From positions 43,152,001-43,216,000 of the forward strand of contig OY740796.1 of NCBI GenBank assembly GCA_963514005.1: 64,000 bases of DNA, read 5' to 3'. Of this stretch, positions 1 through 13,267 are shown piece by piece. The translations under genes and the position numbers were made by a program. The DNA comes from Raja brachyura. Taxonomy: Eukaryota. Every line of letters starts with the position of its first letter. The first letter of the stretch is position 1. The notes under the pieces were generated by a model that was given only the letters and a program-made list of their open reading frames with translations, did no database searches and was not told the DNA's origin.

Positions 1-204
1 TTAGGCAATTACTCAAAAAATAATAGTAATGGTAGATTCTCAATCTATCCTTGCATGAAACATCGTAACTTAATAGGAAGGCATAGGTCGAACATAGGCA
101 AAACATTGATATTTTGCTTGTCTAGGGAGCAAATTTTACTTGCGTCTGGGGCAAAACTGATCATGCAGTACGTTGGTAAAAGAAATGCCAGCTGTAATAA
201 GCAT

Positions 205-530
205 AGGAACATAGAAGATAGGTGCAGGAGTAGGCCATTCAGCCCTTCGAGCCAGCACTGCTATTCAATATGATCATGGCTGATCATCCAAAATCAGTAC
301 CCCGTTCCTGCTTTCTCACCATATCCCTTGATTCCGTTAGCCCTAAGAACTATATCTAACTCTCTCTTGAAAACATCCAGTGAATTGGCCTCCACTGTGT
401 TCTGTGGCAGAGAATTCCACAGATTCACAACTCTCTGGGTAAAAAAGTTTTTAATCATCTCAATCTGAAATGGCCTACCCCTTATTCTTTAACTGTGACC
501 CCTGGTTGTGGACTCCCCCAACATCGGGAC
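205..530 (-). mobile_element. CR1/HER1 LINE 3' fragment
   Basis: Reverse complement of the 40860-41188 tail. Confidence 0.85.
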
Positions 531-539
531 CAAAATGAG

Positions 540-950
540 ATGAGGATAGTTCAGGACCAGAGGGCACAGTCTCAGAATAAAAGGACGTACTTTTAGAATG
601 CAGATGAGGAGGAATTTATTTTGCCAGTGGGTGGTGAATCTGCGGAATTGATGGCCGCAGACAGCGGTGGCGGCCAAGTTATTGGGCATTTGTAAAGCGG
701 AGATTGATAGATTCTTGATTAGTAAGTGCGACAAAGGTCACGGGGAGAAGACAGGAGAATGAGGTTGAGAGGGAACAATAGATCAGCCATGATTAAATGG
801 CGAAGCAGGCTCAGTGAGTCAAATGGTCTAATTCTGCTGGGGTACATAAAATGCTGGAGAAACTCAGCGGGTGCAGCAGCATCTATGGAGCGAAAGAGAT
901 AGGTAACGTTTCGGCTTCAGACTGGCCTAATTCTGATCCTGTGTCTCATG
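540..950 (+). mobile_element. CR1 LINE 3' fragment interrupted by a Penelope-type insertion
   Basis: ACCAGAGGGCACAGTCTCAGAATAAAAGG...GATCAGCCATGATT...CTAATTCTG. Confidence 0.8.
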
Positions 951-2925
951 ATCAAAAGAGGAAACTCAGCAGGCCAGGCAGCATCTGCAGAGAGAGTTGG
1001 ACAGTTTTGTGTCCGAAGAAGGGTCCTGTCCTGAAAAGTTGTCTGTCCATTTTCCTGATCAGATAGAGTGAGGGGTGCTGAGCACTTGCGTTTTGTTTTG
1101 CATCTCATTGGTAATGTTGTTAAATAGGCCTCTTCCGGAATTAATTCATACAACCGTGTTCTAAACTGCAGAATAATATCATGTACTCTGTGAGATCTTT
1201 CCTATTGTACTCACTCGATCCCCTCAATATATAATATCAACCAGACTGTCCTGCAAAGAACATTTAATATCTTAGGTAATTTCCCCAGCAATCTTTGAAC
1301 AAGATAACCTTAGGATAATTTCTTGGGCATCTTACCTTTCATCTCCAACCATTAATAACTAACTTTTCTGGCTCATTTATATATTAATATAAATGAGCCA
1401 AATAACCCTTCACATGATTAATATAAATGTTGTTTCCTTAGGGTTGTGGTTCGAGTCAGGATTTGGTTTTGTTATTAATTTTGGCATAATTAATGTCACC
1501 TCCTCCTGCACCTATTTTCTGTGTTTCTATGGGTTATTGATTTGGGACGATCAGTCATGATCACAATAAATGGCGGTGCTGGCTCGAAGGGCTGCATGGC
1601 CTCCTCCTGCACCTATTTTATAATTCCCTTTTTGGCATTTTCAACCTGACTCTGCCAATGCTGCCCCATATATTTGCACTAAAATTGCTAAAGTGGTGCC
1701 TGGTTTGTTTATTAACAATACTTCATAGTGGCATTGCACCATATGTTCTGCTCAAGTTAAACGTCTGAATTAATGAATCCACTGGTAGCAAAAAAGTCAG
1801 TCTTAATGTAATCATTCCCCATCAGAGTGCAGTGCATAGGTTTACTAACCTGTATTGCCGTAAGCAACTTACAAAATACATTAATACATCACTCCACAGA
1901 GAAGCTGTCCATCAAGTATTTACACTAATATAATTAGACAAACATTTTAAATAGGACGATAATTTTGAACATTACTCTGGAGATCCTTGATAGGCCCAGA
2001 TGGTGGCTAGTTGTACCGTAAATTAGCAATTACATGAAATTGTATTGAGTATTATATAACTCATCTTGTTGTTGTTTAGAAAGGGCTTCTGCACCTCCAG
2101 ATGAAGAATTTGCAATCTGTGAAGGCAACTGGAATTAAAATTAAGCTGATTTCCAACATGTAGTGCACAGTGTTTTTATCTCACAAGGTTGAATTCTGTC
2201 TGCAGTGATCAATATTAATGCAAGATATAACTTCCCGAAGCCTTGTGCATTTTACACACAGCTCCAGTCCCTGGCTCAGACCAATAACTCCCTGTGGAAA
2301 ATGTTTTTCTTGCTGTACCACAATGAGAAAGTGTGTTAGAGTGAGTGAATTTGGGCTGCACTGATCATAAGTGACTTCAGTTCCCTGTGAAAATGAAGCT
2401 TTTGTCAAATGCAGATTTTAATTTGTTTTTTTTTCCCCATTGAGACAGCTTCTGAAATAAGGCTACTAATTCTGGTGCTATGCCCTTGTGCCAGATATAT
2501 TAGAAGAGGTTGACTGCTCTTGCTTACGGATCACTTTTGAGTGACCTGTTTAGAAAATTGCTAATAATTACTCCCTTGAATTATTACATTGACTGGTCGG
2601 TGAATAGCCATGTATTCTCAGCAAGGACATCTTTTGGCTTTCTTCGTACAGACAAAGGTCACATCTTGCCATATTTTAATTACTTAGTGTGGAAAATGGC
2701 ATGTTTTCATTAGTTCATTTTAAAGATTAGTTTTGAAATGATAATGCAAAGAATAGTTCAGACATTGAGGGATTTATTGGCAAGTTTCAATCTAAAAAGG
2801 TCGGAAAAGCGTTGATAAGAGGACGTGGCTGAATATCTCTTTTCAAATTGCACCTTGATGCCGTGACAGGAAAAATATTTAAAATGCTTATAATTTTTTT
2901 CTAACTTTTTTTTTTTTCACGACAG

Positions 2926-3015
2926 CAACAACTTCAGGAGTTTTATAAGAAACAGCAAGAACAGTTACATCTACAGCTTCTGCAGCAACAGCATGCAGGG
3001 AAACCTACAAAAGAG
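2926..3015 (+). CDS. FOXP1: FOXP1-like internal exon, Q-rich region ([30 protein letters not shown])
   Basis: Branch-like CTAAC at 2901, poly-T tract, CAG acceptor ending 2925, donor GAG|GTATGT; 90 nt, phase 0-0; the peptide is the [16 protein letters not shown] motif. Confidence 0.92.
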
Positions 3016-3082
3016 GTATGTGTGTCCATGTATTTATGTGTGTATTGCAAAATAATAAGACATAATTAAAAAAGGAAATGGC

Positions 3083-3103
3083 AGAGAGAGAGAGAGAGAG
3101 AGA
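3083..3103. repeat. (GA)n microsatellite
   Basis: About 10 GA units, ~70 nt downstream of the exon donor. Confidence 0.9.
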
Positions 3104-3968
3104 GGAGACATGTGATTGTGCGATACGCCTGTAATGAAGGCTTTCCAGCAGTCTCAGCTTTGTTTCATTTCTGTATTCTAATTCAGAGAGGCTCACTCAT
3201 CAGCTGTAGTTCAATGTGCATTAATGACTTGGGGATGCAGTCCTCATGATGGACAAAGGGATGATTCTTGCATAGTCTGAAGAAGTTCAAAGACAGTGAG
3301 TTTCAGTTTCTCCTTGGAGATGCGCATTTCCGAGCGTATAAATTAAGGCAAATATACGAAAACCCTACAGTCTGAGCGTAGTCTTCAAAGTCACAATACT
3401 CTAATTAATGAACTGTGGGCCTCACTTTGGACAAGTCGCAGTTTGATGCGCTCATAAATCACCGTGACAGGTCCACTCCTCTTGCCTCAGTGACACTTGT
3501 CACTGAGTCACGGTTGATGTAAACATGATCGAGACAAGAGAGATTGAAGGAGGTGAAATTGATCAACAGAATTGGTAGAAAACCAAATCTTGAAGCACAT
3601 TATGCATGATCACAGGATATGACTGTAACCTCATGAGATTTTCTCCTTCTGGTGATGTTTTTTTTTTTAAATAGAATTTCTAACAGCCATCAAAAGTGGA
3701 ATAGGAATTACTTAGCTTTGCTCCTGTGGTTTACAAGCTCCAGCCCCCCTGTTGTTGCTTTATGTAGCTTTCTTTTAAAGCCATCAAAGATTTTTTTTTT
3801 AATCCTTACCACCTTATTTGAAGCCTAACAATAAAAGATTGTCATTTTCGAATGTTAGGCATTGTGTTTTTTTTCTGATTGTGTCATATTGCGTTAACCT
3901 GTAATTTGATCTGCTAATTTTGTATCTTGGAGGTACAGCTATGCATTGTCGGAACGTGCTGGTGTGCA

Positions 3969-5439
3969 CAGTGGCAGACCGACATTTTTGGGGCCCTGAA
4001 GCTTGAACTGTTATGGGGGCCCCTTGGCAACCAGCAATGAGGTCTGGGTAACCCTTGTTATCTTCTTCAATGGGGTTGTTTCAAGACAGGCTGGCTAGTC
4101 CCCTGGTGGTTCAGGAGGCAACTGAAGCTCCTGCATTTTCAATGAATTGAAAGTGATTCTCAAGCTTTCTGCTGGTAGTTTACATAACAGAAGCTTGGAT
4201 TTTTTTCTAACACATAAGCAGTAAAATAGCCCCCAAAATATATATATTTCATGAAATAGACAATAGACACGATCATCTACGATCATCCACAATCAGTACC
4301 CCATTCCTGCCTTGTCCCCATACCCCTTGACTCTGCTATCTTTAAGAGATCTATCTATCTCTCTCTTGAAAGCCTCCAGAGAATTGGCTTTCCACTCTTG
4401 AAGATAGCTGAGTTGGGGGATATGGGGGAGAAGGCAGGAACGGGGTACTGATTGTGGATGATCAGCCATGATCACATTGAATGGCGGTACTGGCTTGAAG
4501 GGTCGAATTGCCTACTCCTGCACATATTGTCTATTGCCTATTCACAACTGTCTGTGCGAAAAAGTATTTCCTCATCTCCATTCTAAATGGCCTACCCCTT
4601 ATTCTTAAACAGTGGCCCCTGGTTCTGCCTCTCCCAGCATTGAAAACACTTTTCCTGTTTCGAGTGTGTCCAAACCCTTAATAATCTTATATGTTTCAAT
4701 AAATTGCCTCATACAGCTAAACAAATCTTTACAAAAAATGTTACCTGAAATGTCTCTTTGCCTAGCATTGAGATGAGAAAATACTTATTTACCCAGAGTT
4801 GTGAATTTGTGGTATTCTCTGCCACAGAAGGCAGTGGTCGTGTCTCCTTCAGCAGCACCTCGGTCTCCCTTCCCGAGCTCAGACACCCACTTCTCCTCAC
4901 CTCACCTACGCTCACTTGCCTTCACCTGCACACCTACACCTCAACTAATCCCCTCGCCTCGACGATACCTCACTACCAAACTTCTCCTCACACCTAAACC
5001 TCGCCTCGACTAAACCGTACCTCACTAAACCTCGCCCCTCAAATATACCTCACAGCTTAACCCCACCTCAATTTAACTAAACTTCCCACCTCACCACTAA
5101 ACGCCACCTCACACCTAATCCGTACCTCGACTAATCGGCGCCTCTCTCCCGTACCCGCTATTTATAGCTCCCCCTGTTGTTGGCGGCGCCTCACGTGGGC
5201 GAAATGGCTCCAACCAGAGGGGCGGGGCCAAGAGCGGCACAGGCGCATTGCCCGAGAGAGCTGGTTGGAGGGGAGGGGAAGGGGGTACATGCACTGACGT
5301 TGACATCAAGCTTGAGTCCTGCCCCTCCCGCCCGCGGATTCTGCGGGATTTAACTCGGAAGAATATGCTCCTGGGGCCCCTCTGGGATTAGGGGCCCTGA
5401 GGTTTAAGCTTCATTAGTTTCATAGGAGATCCGCCCCTG
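3969..5439. mobile_element. Non-autonomous hAT DNA transposon with nested CR1 fragments
   Basis: Perfect 8-bp TSD GGTGTGCA (3961-3968, 5440-5447); imperfect TIRs CAGTGGCAGACC / GATCCGCCCCTG; subterminal GGGGCCC repeats at both ends. Confidence 0.8.
4255..4836. mobile_element. Nested CR1 fragments in both orientations inside the hAT element
   Basis: Minus tail 4255-4395, plus tail 4400-4545, minus continuation 4540-4712, plus fragment 4770-4836. Confidence 0.75.
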
Positions 5440-7023
5440 GGTGTGCAACATTACATGGGGTGTGATCATCACTCATCGAAGCCGTCTAAGTGCTTAAAAT
5501 GAAGTGCTTGTGGATGCAAAGGGTTACTCTTGCAACTGCCATCCAGCAAATGCACATCTGACAATTTACAGAAGACGAATGGGGAGTAACCCAGGGAAGG
5601 AAAGTAGACCTTTGACAAGTATTTGAGGGAGGGAAGTGTGGTACAAGTTTATCTGGATATTTCAGGATTTCAACACTAATTATTGACCTGACAACAGAGC
5701 TGTACAGAGACCTTTTTTGTATGCATTGAATTGTAAGAAGTAAACAAGCTTGGTTGTATCCTGTGTTTGATAACTGGGTGGGGAGTGCACTTTGGCAGCA
5801 TATTTTGTACGTTTAAATTTTTTTTCTCTGACAATGGGCCTTGTACATTTTACATCCTGATTTTTCATTTCTTAAAATTCTCATTCTGGGTTTTCCTACA
5901 GACGAGTGTGTGTTAAATGGGAACAACATCCAACAGTGAATCCTGATAAATACTATAATGAAGTGAATGGTTTGGCTAATGGCACGTAATCTAAGATACA
6001 ATATCAGGGCAGAAAGATATTTAACCAGTGTGGCTAATAATTTAATTTCCATTCCCAAATTATTAGGCATGGTCTAGATAACATCGTCATGGTTTGTTAT
6101 GAATTATGGTAAATATCCGAACGTTAGATAATTTCCTTCCATTTATTGTAGTTACAGAACAGTATTATCTTTGTATCAATCAGGTAATTATTACAGGAAA
6201 TCTGTGTAAAGGTTTGTCTGTATAGTAGCCAACATTGTGCCATTATTCTTGGTCACTTTTCTGCTGCCGCTGCCCCTTCCCCCCTCCATCTCCCCCTCCC
6301 CTCCATCTCCCGCCCTCCCCTCCTCTCACTATCAGCAATTGTGGGGAGTGGGGAAGTGCAGTATTAGTGAATTTATAGAATATAATATTCCAGATAAAGA
6401 TTAGAGGAAAGGATTTATGCCATTATCTTATTTCCCTGCAGGCAGATATAATTGACGATATTATGTTATTTCCAACCAACCATTGCATTCTGCCTGGGTA
6501 GGACCTAGTTACACTTGAGGGCCTCGAAGGTTGACAGCAGTTGCATCAGGACACTCTCCAGTTCAAGCTTAACACATGCCTAGTTTAGGTGACAGCAAAA
6601 ATGGCAAAAGAAGTAGGATAGCGGCATTCATTTGAATGCATTGCAATACATTCCACACTTGTTCCCACATCCACTCTGTTAGCCAGTCAGGGTTACACAA
6701 AATCAGACAATTTTGAACAGGCCTCAGATAAGTCAGGAAGCATGGAGGGTTGTTTGAGACATTTAGTTTGATTTTGGGTCCAGTGGAGTAATTGGCCATT
6801 TTTAAAGTAACTCGAGTTTTAATCGGCAATTTCCAACCATCCCTTTATGAACCAAAGCTGGGGACTCGCACCAAGACTGTGGGGTTGGGATAAGGCGCTT
6901 CTCTTTTCCAAAACTAGAGCTTGGAGAAAAGCACTTCCACTGCTCAATCATGAATACATCTGTAAGATGTCAGGTGGACCAGCACCACGTATTGTGCTTG
7001 AGCAGCTTACTACGATTTCTCTA

Positions 7024-7198
7024 ATAGACAATAGGTGCAGGAGTAGGCCATTCGGCCCTTCGAGCCAGCACCCCCATTCAATGTGATCATGGCTGATCAT
7101 CCCCAATCAGTACCCCATTCCTGCCTTCTCCCCATATCCCCTGACACCGCTACCTTTAAGAGCCCTATCTAGCTCTCTCTTGAAAGTATCCAGAGAAC
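7024..7198 (-). mobile_element. CR1/HER1 3' tail
   Basis: ATAGACAATAGGTGCAGGAGTAGGCCATTCGG...CTCTCTCTTGAAAG. Confidence 0.85.
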
Positions 7199-7520
7199 TT
7201 CAAGTAACCCTTGTATGTCTTCTCTCTCTGTCCGTCCCCCACCCTAGTCGGCGTATTAGTTTTACTCTCATCCTGTTCAGTTCCGCTGTTTGTGTAACTC
7301 ATTATCACCCACCCCACAGACCACTCTGGGCTCCACATTTCCTTGATCATCGTTGCTTTCTGCGTATCCCCATTCATTCGTCCTAAGTACCGTCTATATC
7401 TCTAGTTTCCCTTTCCTTTGACTCTCAGTCTGAAGAAGGGTGTCGACCCGAAACATCACCAGTTTCTTTTCTCCAGCACTGCTGCCTGACCCGCTGAGTT
7501 ACTCCAGCTTTTTGTGTCTG
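7199..7520 (+). mobile_element. Penelope-like element 3' region ending in a hammerhead-bearing terminal repeat
   Basis: CTTCAAGTAACCC (similar to the ORF end at ~38520), pyrimidine-rich UTR, CTGAAGAAGGGTGTCGACCCGAAACATC at 7430, then the shared GCTGAGTTACTCCAGC..TTTGTGTC block. Confidence 0.7.
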
Positions 7521-10384
7521 TAAGATGTCAGTCTTGTATGCTGGTCTATAACAGTGCTATTTACTCATTGGCACTGTCTGAAAAGAGGCTTGAATCCAAT
7601 CTTTCTGAGATGGAGACAGAAATCCTACAACTGAACCAAGGGCGATTCACTCATCTGAAGGCATGCTCCTTGGTCTCAATCAGTGTTTGGAGACCGTGAC
7701 ATGGAAGAATCCAGTTTTTGTTCACTGATGCTACCAGAAAAGGTGGTAGAAATTTTCAACCAGTGTGGAACTCAAGTTAGTCTCCCATTAAATATAGAAT
7801 ATTACTTTAAGAAAAAGAATAATTCATTATATTTGACACAATTCCTTTAAAGGAAAAAAAAAGGAAACCTTGTCTTCGTTAATCAATAAACTTACTATCA
7901 TTAATGTTCTTTTAAAATTATGGAATGGCAATTAGCTGGTAATCAAACCATGTAGGACTTCCTTACGATTGTTCCGCTTATTCATGGGGAAATCCTGGCT
8001 CGTGCAGTGGCATTCAGTGATGTGCCATGTGTACCTGGTTGCCACTTCCATAATCTTCAACGTCACGTGCTTGATTGGCATTACCTACAGAAACAAGCCT
8101 TTGAACCAGCATAGCAGGAGGATTCCCTTTAAGTAATTATGTATGTGTATGTGCCTTGGGATAAACTTTATCGTGTACTATTGCAGTCATGAGCACCTCA
8201 AGGTCCGGACCGCTTGCAAGGAGATCCTTTCATAACAATATTCCACCTGCTTATCCCCTCCCACTCCTGACTCCAGATATTTTCCTAGACTCAACTCCTG
8301 ACGTCCTTGCAATGACCAATTATGTCTCTCAATCCCACAAACCTTGGTCTCCAACTGCTGATTAGGTCTCCCAATGAAACCAGGTCCACTCTACTAACCC
8401 CCCCCCACCCCCCCACCCACCCACCAAGTAGCAATAAACAGTGAGTTTGTGTAGCCCTATTTCATCTACCAGTTGCACACTTGACTTAGCTGCATTGACT
8501 GTTCTCTCCTATTCTTACAGCGAGGCCATACATCTGATCCTCAACACTTTCTTTCTTCCTCCTTTGCAATGGTAGCGATCTCAAAATCTTGACCGACCCC
8601 TTCTCCTCCTCCACCGCCTCCAGCACCATACTAACCTGCGCAAAAATATCGGAGGTCTCTTCCCTGCAAATCTAACCCAGTTTTACCCGCATTCTGTTAG
8701 AATTCATCATGGAAGCGCCTTTCTATAATACAAGGCCAATTTAGTGGCAAGGTCCCGCACTTTATTGAACCTAGTGATAGACCACAACCAAACCATCTTT
8801 TTAACTATCTTTCACATAAAACCTTGGAAATAGAAACACAAAATGCTGGATATACATAGCAGGTCAGGCAGGATCTGTGGAGAAAGAATCAGAGTTAACT
8901 TTACAGGTCATCAATGCTGCCTGCCCTACTGAGTTTTTCGAGTATTTTCTAATATTTTTATACATAGTTCCAGCATCAGCTTTTTGACTAATTCCCCCAT
9001 TCAGGTGTTAACATATTTCTAGCCAGAAATTTAAGAAAGTGGCCCGACCCAAAACGTCATCCATTCCTTCTCTCCAGATATGCTGCCTGTCCTGCTGAGT
9101 CACTCCAGCATTTTGTGCCTATCTTCGGTTTAAACCAGCAGCTGCAGTTCCTTCCTGCACCCTTTTTACTCAAATGGAAAGCAACTTAAATTTTAATTGG
9201 AAAAATAATCAAGTATTGTGCATAACAGCAAACTCGTAAACATATTTTCCACAGAAAATAAAGATGAGTGGGAGTTTTCGTGTGAAGTGCAAGCCTCAGG
9301 TTTTAGCAGTTTGCAGTTAACAACCGATGGGTAGGTGGTGTATCCAAACTCCTGTTAGATTCCCTCTTCAGAAATGTTTTGTTCAAAAATTAATATCAGG
9401 AACTAAATTCATTTAGAAACAATGCAAGTCAAGAACTGCCAATTTCCAAAGTTTAATGAGAGATTTTAAAGCAAATTTGTTTAAGATTATTATGTCCCTG
9501 AACAGTCACCAATTCAGTGGAGATAAAAATATAAGCAGCAGCTTTAAAGTCTTGCTTTTGAGTGTAGGAAGAAGGGAGTGTTGACGAATATAGTTATGTC
9601 TGATTCGTTTTCTTGCTTTGACTCAGTACCCCGAATTTTAGTTGGAGAATGTGGTCAAAGTGGTCAAAAAGATAAAAAGGCTCAGCAAATGTGCTACTAA
9701 TTGATCAGCATTTGACAATGGAATTTGCATGCGTTTATATTTAGCATCTGGTCATGCATCATATATACCACAAAATGTAATTATTGAGAAAACTATTTTT
9801 GGCCTGTGACATGAACATTGTTTTGTGGGTGTAATTTTCAGTAATCTTGATGTAACTAATAGATCAAACCAGATCTGTTCTTGTTAAGTTGTTTTATAAT
9901 TTCACTCTGTGGTCCAAAATGCCATCACATTCCATAAGTGATGAAATCGAGATGCGTGTATTTTTTCATACAATTTGATTTATCAGTTCTTAAAATTTGT
10001 CATCAGTGCAGTTTTATTTTTCTTAGTGGAATCGCAGAAACCTCAGGAACCATTCAAGTCCATTGTGCCCACATAGTCCAGCTAGCCAAGGAAGCAAATG
10101 ATTCTATGAAACTTTATCACCACATGTACCTAGGTACAGTGAAATGCTTTGTTTTACATACAGCCCGGTAAAAAACGTACAGCAGACCTCACTCAGGCAG
10201 TTCACGTGTCGCCATGTTTTGGCGCTGTCAATGTTACCAAAGTTCACCGAATAGTCCCATCTACTGTCTGCCACCACATGTGGCAGGTGCTCCCACCGAA
10301 GAAGAGTTATTTAGTCTATTCCCACCTCCCTGATCCCATAGCATCACCTTTAGGTTTTGACTTATCAAATGTTCATCTAAGAGC

Positions 10385-10594
10385 GTGTGAGAAGAAACCG
10401 CAGATGCTGGTATAAACCGAAGATAGACACCAAAATCTGGAGTAACTCAGCGGGACCGGCAGCATTTTTTGGAGAGAAGGAATGGGTGACGTTTCGGGTC
10501 GAGATTCTTCTTCAGAGTCTAAAACGTCACCCATTCCGTCTCTTCAGGGATGCTGCCTGTCCCGCTGAGTTGCTCCAGATTTTTGTGTTCATCT
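10385..10594. mobile_element. Palindromic Penelope-derived short element
   Basis: Inverted arms GGAGTAACTCAGCGGGAC..GAATGGGTGACGTTT / AAACGTCACCCATTC..GTCCCGCTGAGTTGCTCC; minus-strand CTGAAGA...GAAACGTC. Confidence 0.8.
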
Positions 10595-10756
10595 GAGCTT
10601 TAAATAAAAAGTGTTATAGGTATATACCTTCATGATAGTTTAATTCAGTGACTCCAGATGCCTGCATCCTTCCCCCGCCCAACTGTACGTGGTAATCTTA
10701 TTCATCAATTTCCCCTGAACCTTTCTACTACCTTAAATTAACACATTCAACTTGTT

Positions 10757-11395
10757 ATAGACAATAGATGCAGGAGTTGACCATTCGGCCCGTCGAGCCG
10801 GCACCGTCATTCAATGTGATCATGGCTGATCATCCACAATCAGTACCCCGTTTTTGCCTTCTCCCCATATCCCCTGATTCCTCTATCTTTAAGAGCCCAA
10901 TCTAGCTCTCTCTTGAAAGTATCCAGAGAACCGGCCACTCGGAGGCAGAGAATTTCACAGACTCATAACTCTCTGCGTGAAAAAGTGTCTCCTCATCTCC
11001 GCTCTGTTCAAGCAAAAGCGGTTGAGGGGAAACCTGGTAAAAGTATATAAAAGTATGAGAGGCATGGATAGGATAGGCAGAACCTTACTTCCCAGGGTGG
11101 AAATATCAAATATGAGAGTGCATAGTTTTCAGGTGATTAGACCAAAATTTAAAGGAGATGTGCGGGGCAGGTTTTTTTTCACAGCGGATGACGAGTGCAT
11201 GGATCGTGCTACCAGGGGTAGTGGTTGAGGCAGATATGATAGTGACATTTAAGAGTTTTTTGGATAGGCATGTGGATGTGCAGAAAATAGAGGGATATGG
11301 ATTATGTGCAGGCAGTTAAGAATTGGTCTTGGCATAAGTTTGGCATAAACACTGTGAGCTGTAAAGCCTGTTCCTGTGCTGTACTGTTCTATGTT
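10757..11395. mobile_element. Two CR1 fragments (minus 10757-11003, plus 11005-11395)
   Basis: HER1-type tail on the minus strand; RLRGNLVKVYKSMRGMDR CR1 motif on the plus strand. Confidence 0.8.
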
Positions 11396-12043
11396 CCAAA
11401 ACACAAAGTGTTGGAGTAACTCGGTGAGTCAGTCAGCATCAGTAGAGGAAATGGATATGAGGCGTTTTGGTTCTGCAGTCTTCTTCATTCTGATCTCTCA
11501 AAGTTAGATAGTCCATACCTATCAATAGTATTTTAGAATTTTCTGAAGTCCAGATTAGTACTGATTGTGGCTTTCACCGAGTATAATTTCTACACACCTT
11601 AACGACTGACAATTTGGTGAGCAGTGCAGAGACACACTGGTAATTAAAATACTAAATACATATAAGGTTAAATTAACATGGAAATAACAATTCATTAATC
11701 ATGAACAAAATCGAAGCTTAAACAGTGAAGCACGAGTTAAAAATCAGGATGGAGTAATTAGATCAGGGAAACAGACTTCTAATAAGCAGATCAAAAAAGG
11801 GGACAGGGAAGAAAGAAAATATGTCTTAGATGATGCCTGCAATTGCTGAGCTATATGGGATTTCAGCACCATTCCTGTCCTGGTGGACCATGTTTGAAGG
11901 TAGTGCCTCCAGTTGACCAGACTGAAGTTTTAGATTTCGAAGGATGAGAGAGGTCGAATGTTGCCTGGATTGTTGAGAGCAAAGGGTGGGCATTCAGTCA
12001 GCCCGAGTCAGTTAGGGAGTGCAAATGACGGGCCATTCGAAAG

Positions 12044-12484
12044 TTGTAAGAAGGAACTGCAGATGTTGATTTACACTGAAGATGGATGCAGAGCGCTGGA
12101 GTAACTCAGCGGGCCAGGCAGCATCTGGAACTCTCTGCCACAGAGGGTAGTTGAGGCCAGTTCATTGGCTATATTTAAGAGGGAGTTAGATGTGGCCCTT
12201 GTGGCTAAGGGGATCAGAGGGTATGGAGAGAAGGCAGGTGCGGGATACTGAGTTGGATGATCAGCCATGATCATATTGAATGGCGGTGCAGGCTCGAAGG
12301 GCCGAATGGCCTACTCCTGCACCTAATTTCTATGTTTCTATCTCTGGAGAAAAGGAATAGGTAACGTTTTGGGTCAAGGCCCGTCATCGGGTGGAAGGTC
12401 TCAACCCAAAATGTCACCTATTCCTTTACTTCAGAGATGCTGCCTGATCCCGCTGAGTTAATCCAGTACTTTGTGTTCATCTTT
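12044..12484. mobile_element. Palindromic Penelope-derived element with a nested CR1 tail (about 12125-12340, +)
   Basis: Left arm split at GCAGCATCT|...|CTGGAGAAAAGG; flanks GGCCATTCGAAAG (12031) / GGCCATCCAAAAG (12485). Confidence 0.8.
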
Positions 12485-12811
12485 GGCCATCCAAAAGGAC
12501 GGGGGAAAGCAGAGTCTTCAAGATGCGTGTCAGTCTCAAATCAATGTAATTTTTATTAGAGAGAAGTGGAGTCGACGGTTTCTTGAGGGAGTGCGGTCAT
12601 CAAGCTGGAATGTTGGGCCAAAGGGCAACAAAGCAGCGCTCAGCAAAATGTCAAGTTGCAGCTGTCACTGGGGTTTCACTGATGAGGAATCTCACAAATT
12701 GTCTGCACTGTATTTTTCCTTAAACTTAAACGGTGAAGCTAATTCAAAATAAAAGGTTAAATGAAAAAAAGACCTGGGTGAGTTAGTCCACAAGTATTCT
12801 CAGGGTGAATT

Positions 12812-13038
12812 AGAAACATAGAAACATAGAAAATAGGTGCAGGAGGAGGCCATTCGGTCCTTCGAGCCAGCACCGCCATTCATTGTGATCATGGCTGATC
12901 GTCCCCAATCAATAACCCGTGCCTGCCTTCTCCCCATATCCCTTGACTCTACTAGCCCCTGGAGCACTATCTAATTCTTTCTTAAATCCATCCAGTGACT
13001 TGGCCTCCACTGCCCTCTGTGGCAGGGAATTCCACAAA
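12812..13038 (-). mobile_element. CR1/HER1 3' tail
   Basis: (AGAAACAT)2 tail followed by AGGTGCAGGAGGAGGCCATTCGG. Confidence 0.85.
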
Positions 13039-13098
13039 TGGAACAAGCCAGAACTCTGCCAGATTGACAATCATCCATGTGTTAGAATGTCTGAATGT

Positions 13099-13138
13099 GT
13101 GGGTCTGAAGAAGGGTCTCGACCCGAAACGTCGCCCAT
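13099..13138 (+). ncRNA. Putative minimal type I hammerhead ribozyme in a Penelope-derived repeat
   Basis: GTGGGT-CTGAAGA-A-GGGT(CTCG)ACCC-GAAA-CG-TC-GCCCAT: helix I GUGGGU/GCCCAU, CUGANGA and GAAA core boxes, helix II, palindromic ACGU in place of helix III, GUC cleavage triplet. Confidence 0.7.
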
Positions 13139-13267
13139 CTCCTTCGCTCCTTAGATGCTGCTGCACCCGTTGAGTTTCTCCAGTGTTTTGTGTAACCATC
13201 CATGTGTTATTGTTCCTTGTGTATGGAGGACCTGCAATGAAAATTGTGGATGACCCAACTTATGTAA

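Noticed and set aside
205-950. Opposed CR1 fragments as one 5'-inverted insertion
   Set aside because: Both pieces cover the same 3' region and have different tail types, so they are independent insertions.
8190-8760. Pyrimidine-skewed block, possibly a decayed LINE ORF1 on the minus strand
   Set aside because: No recognisable motif or termini, so it cannot be supported.
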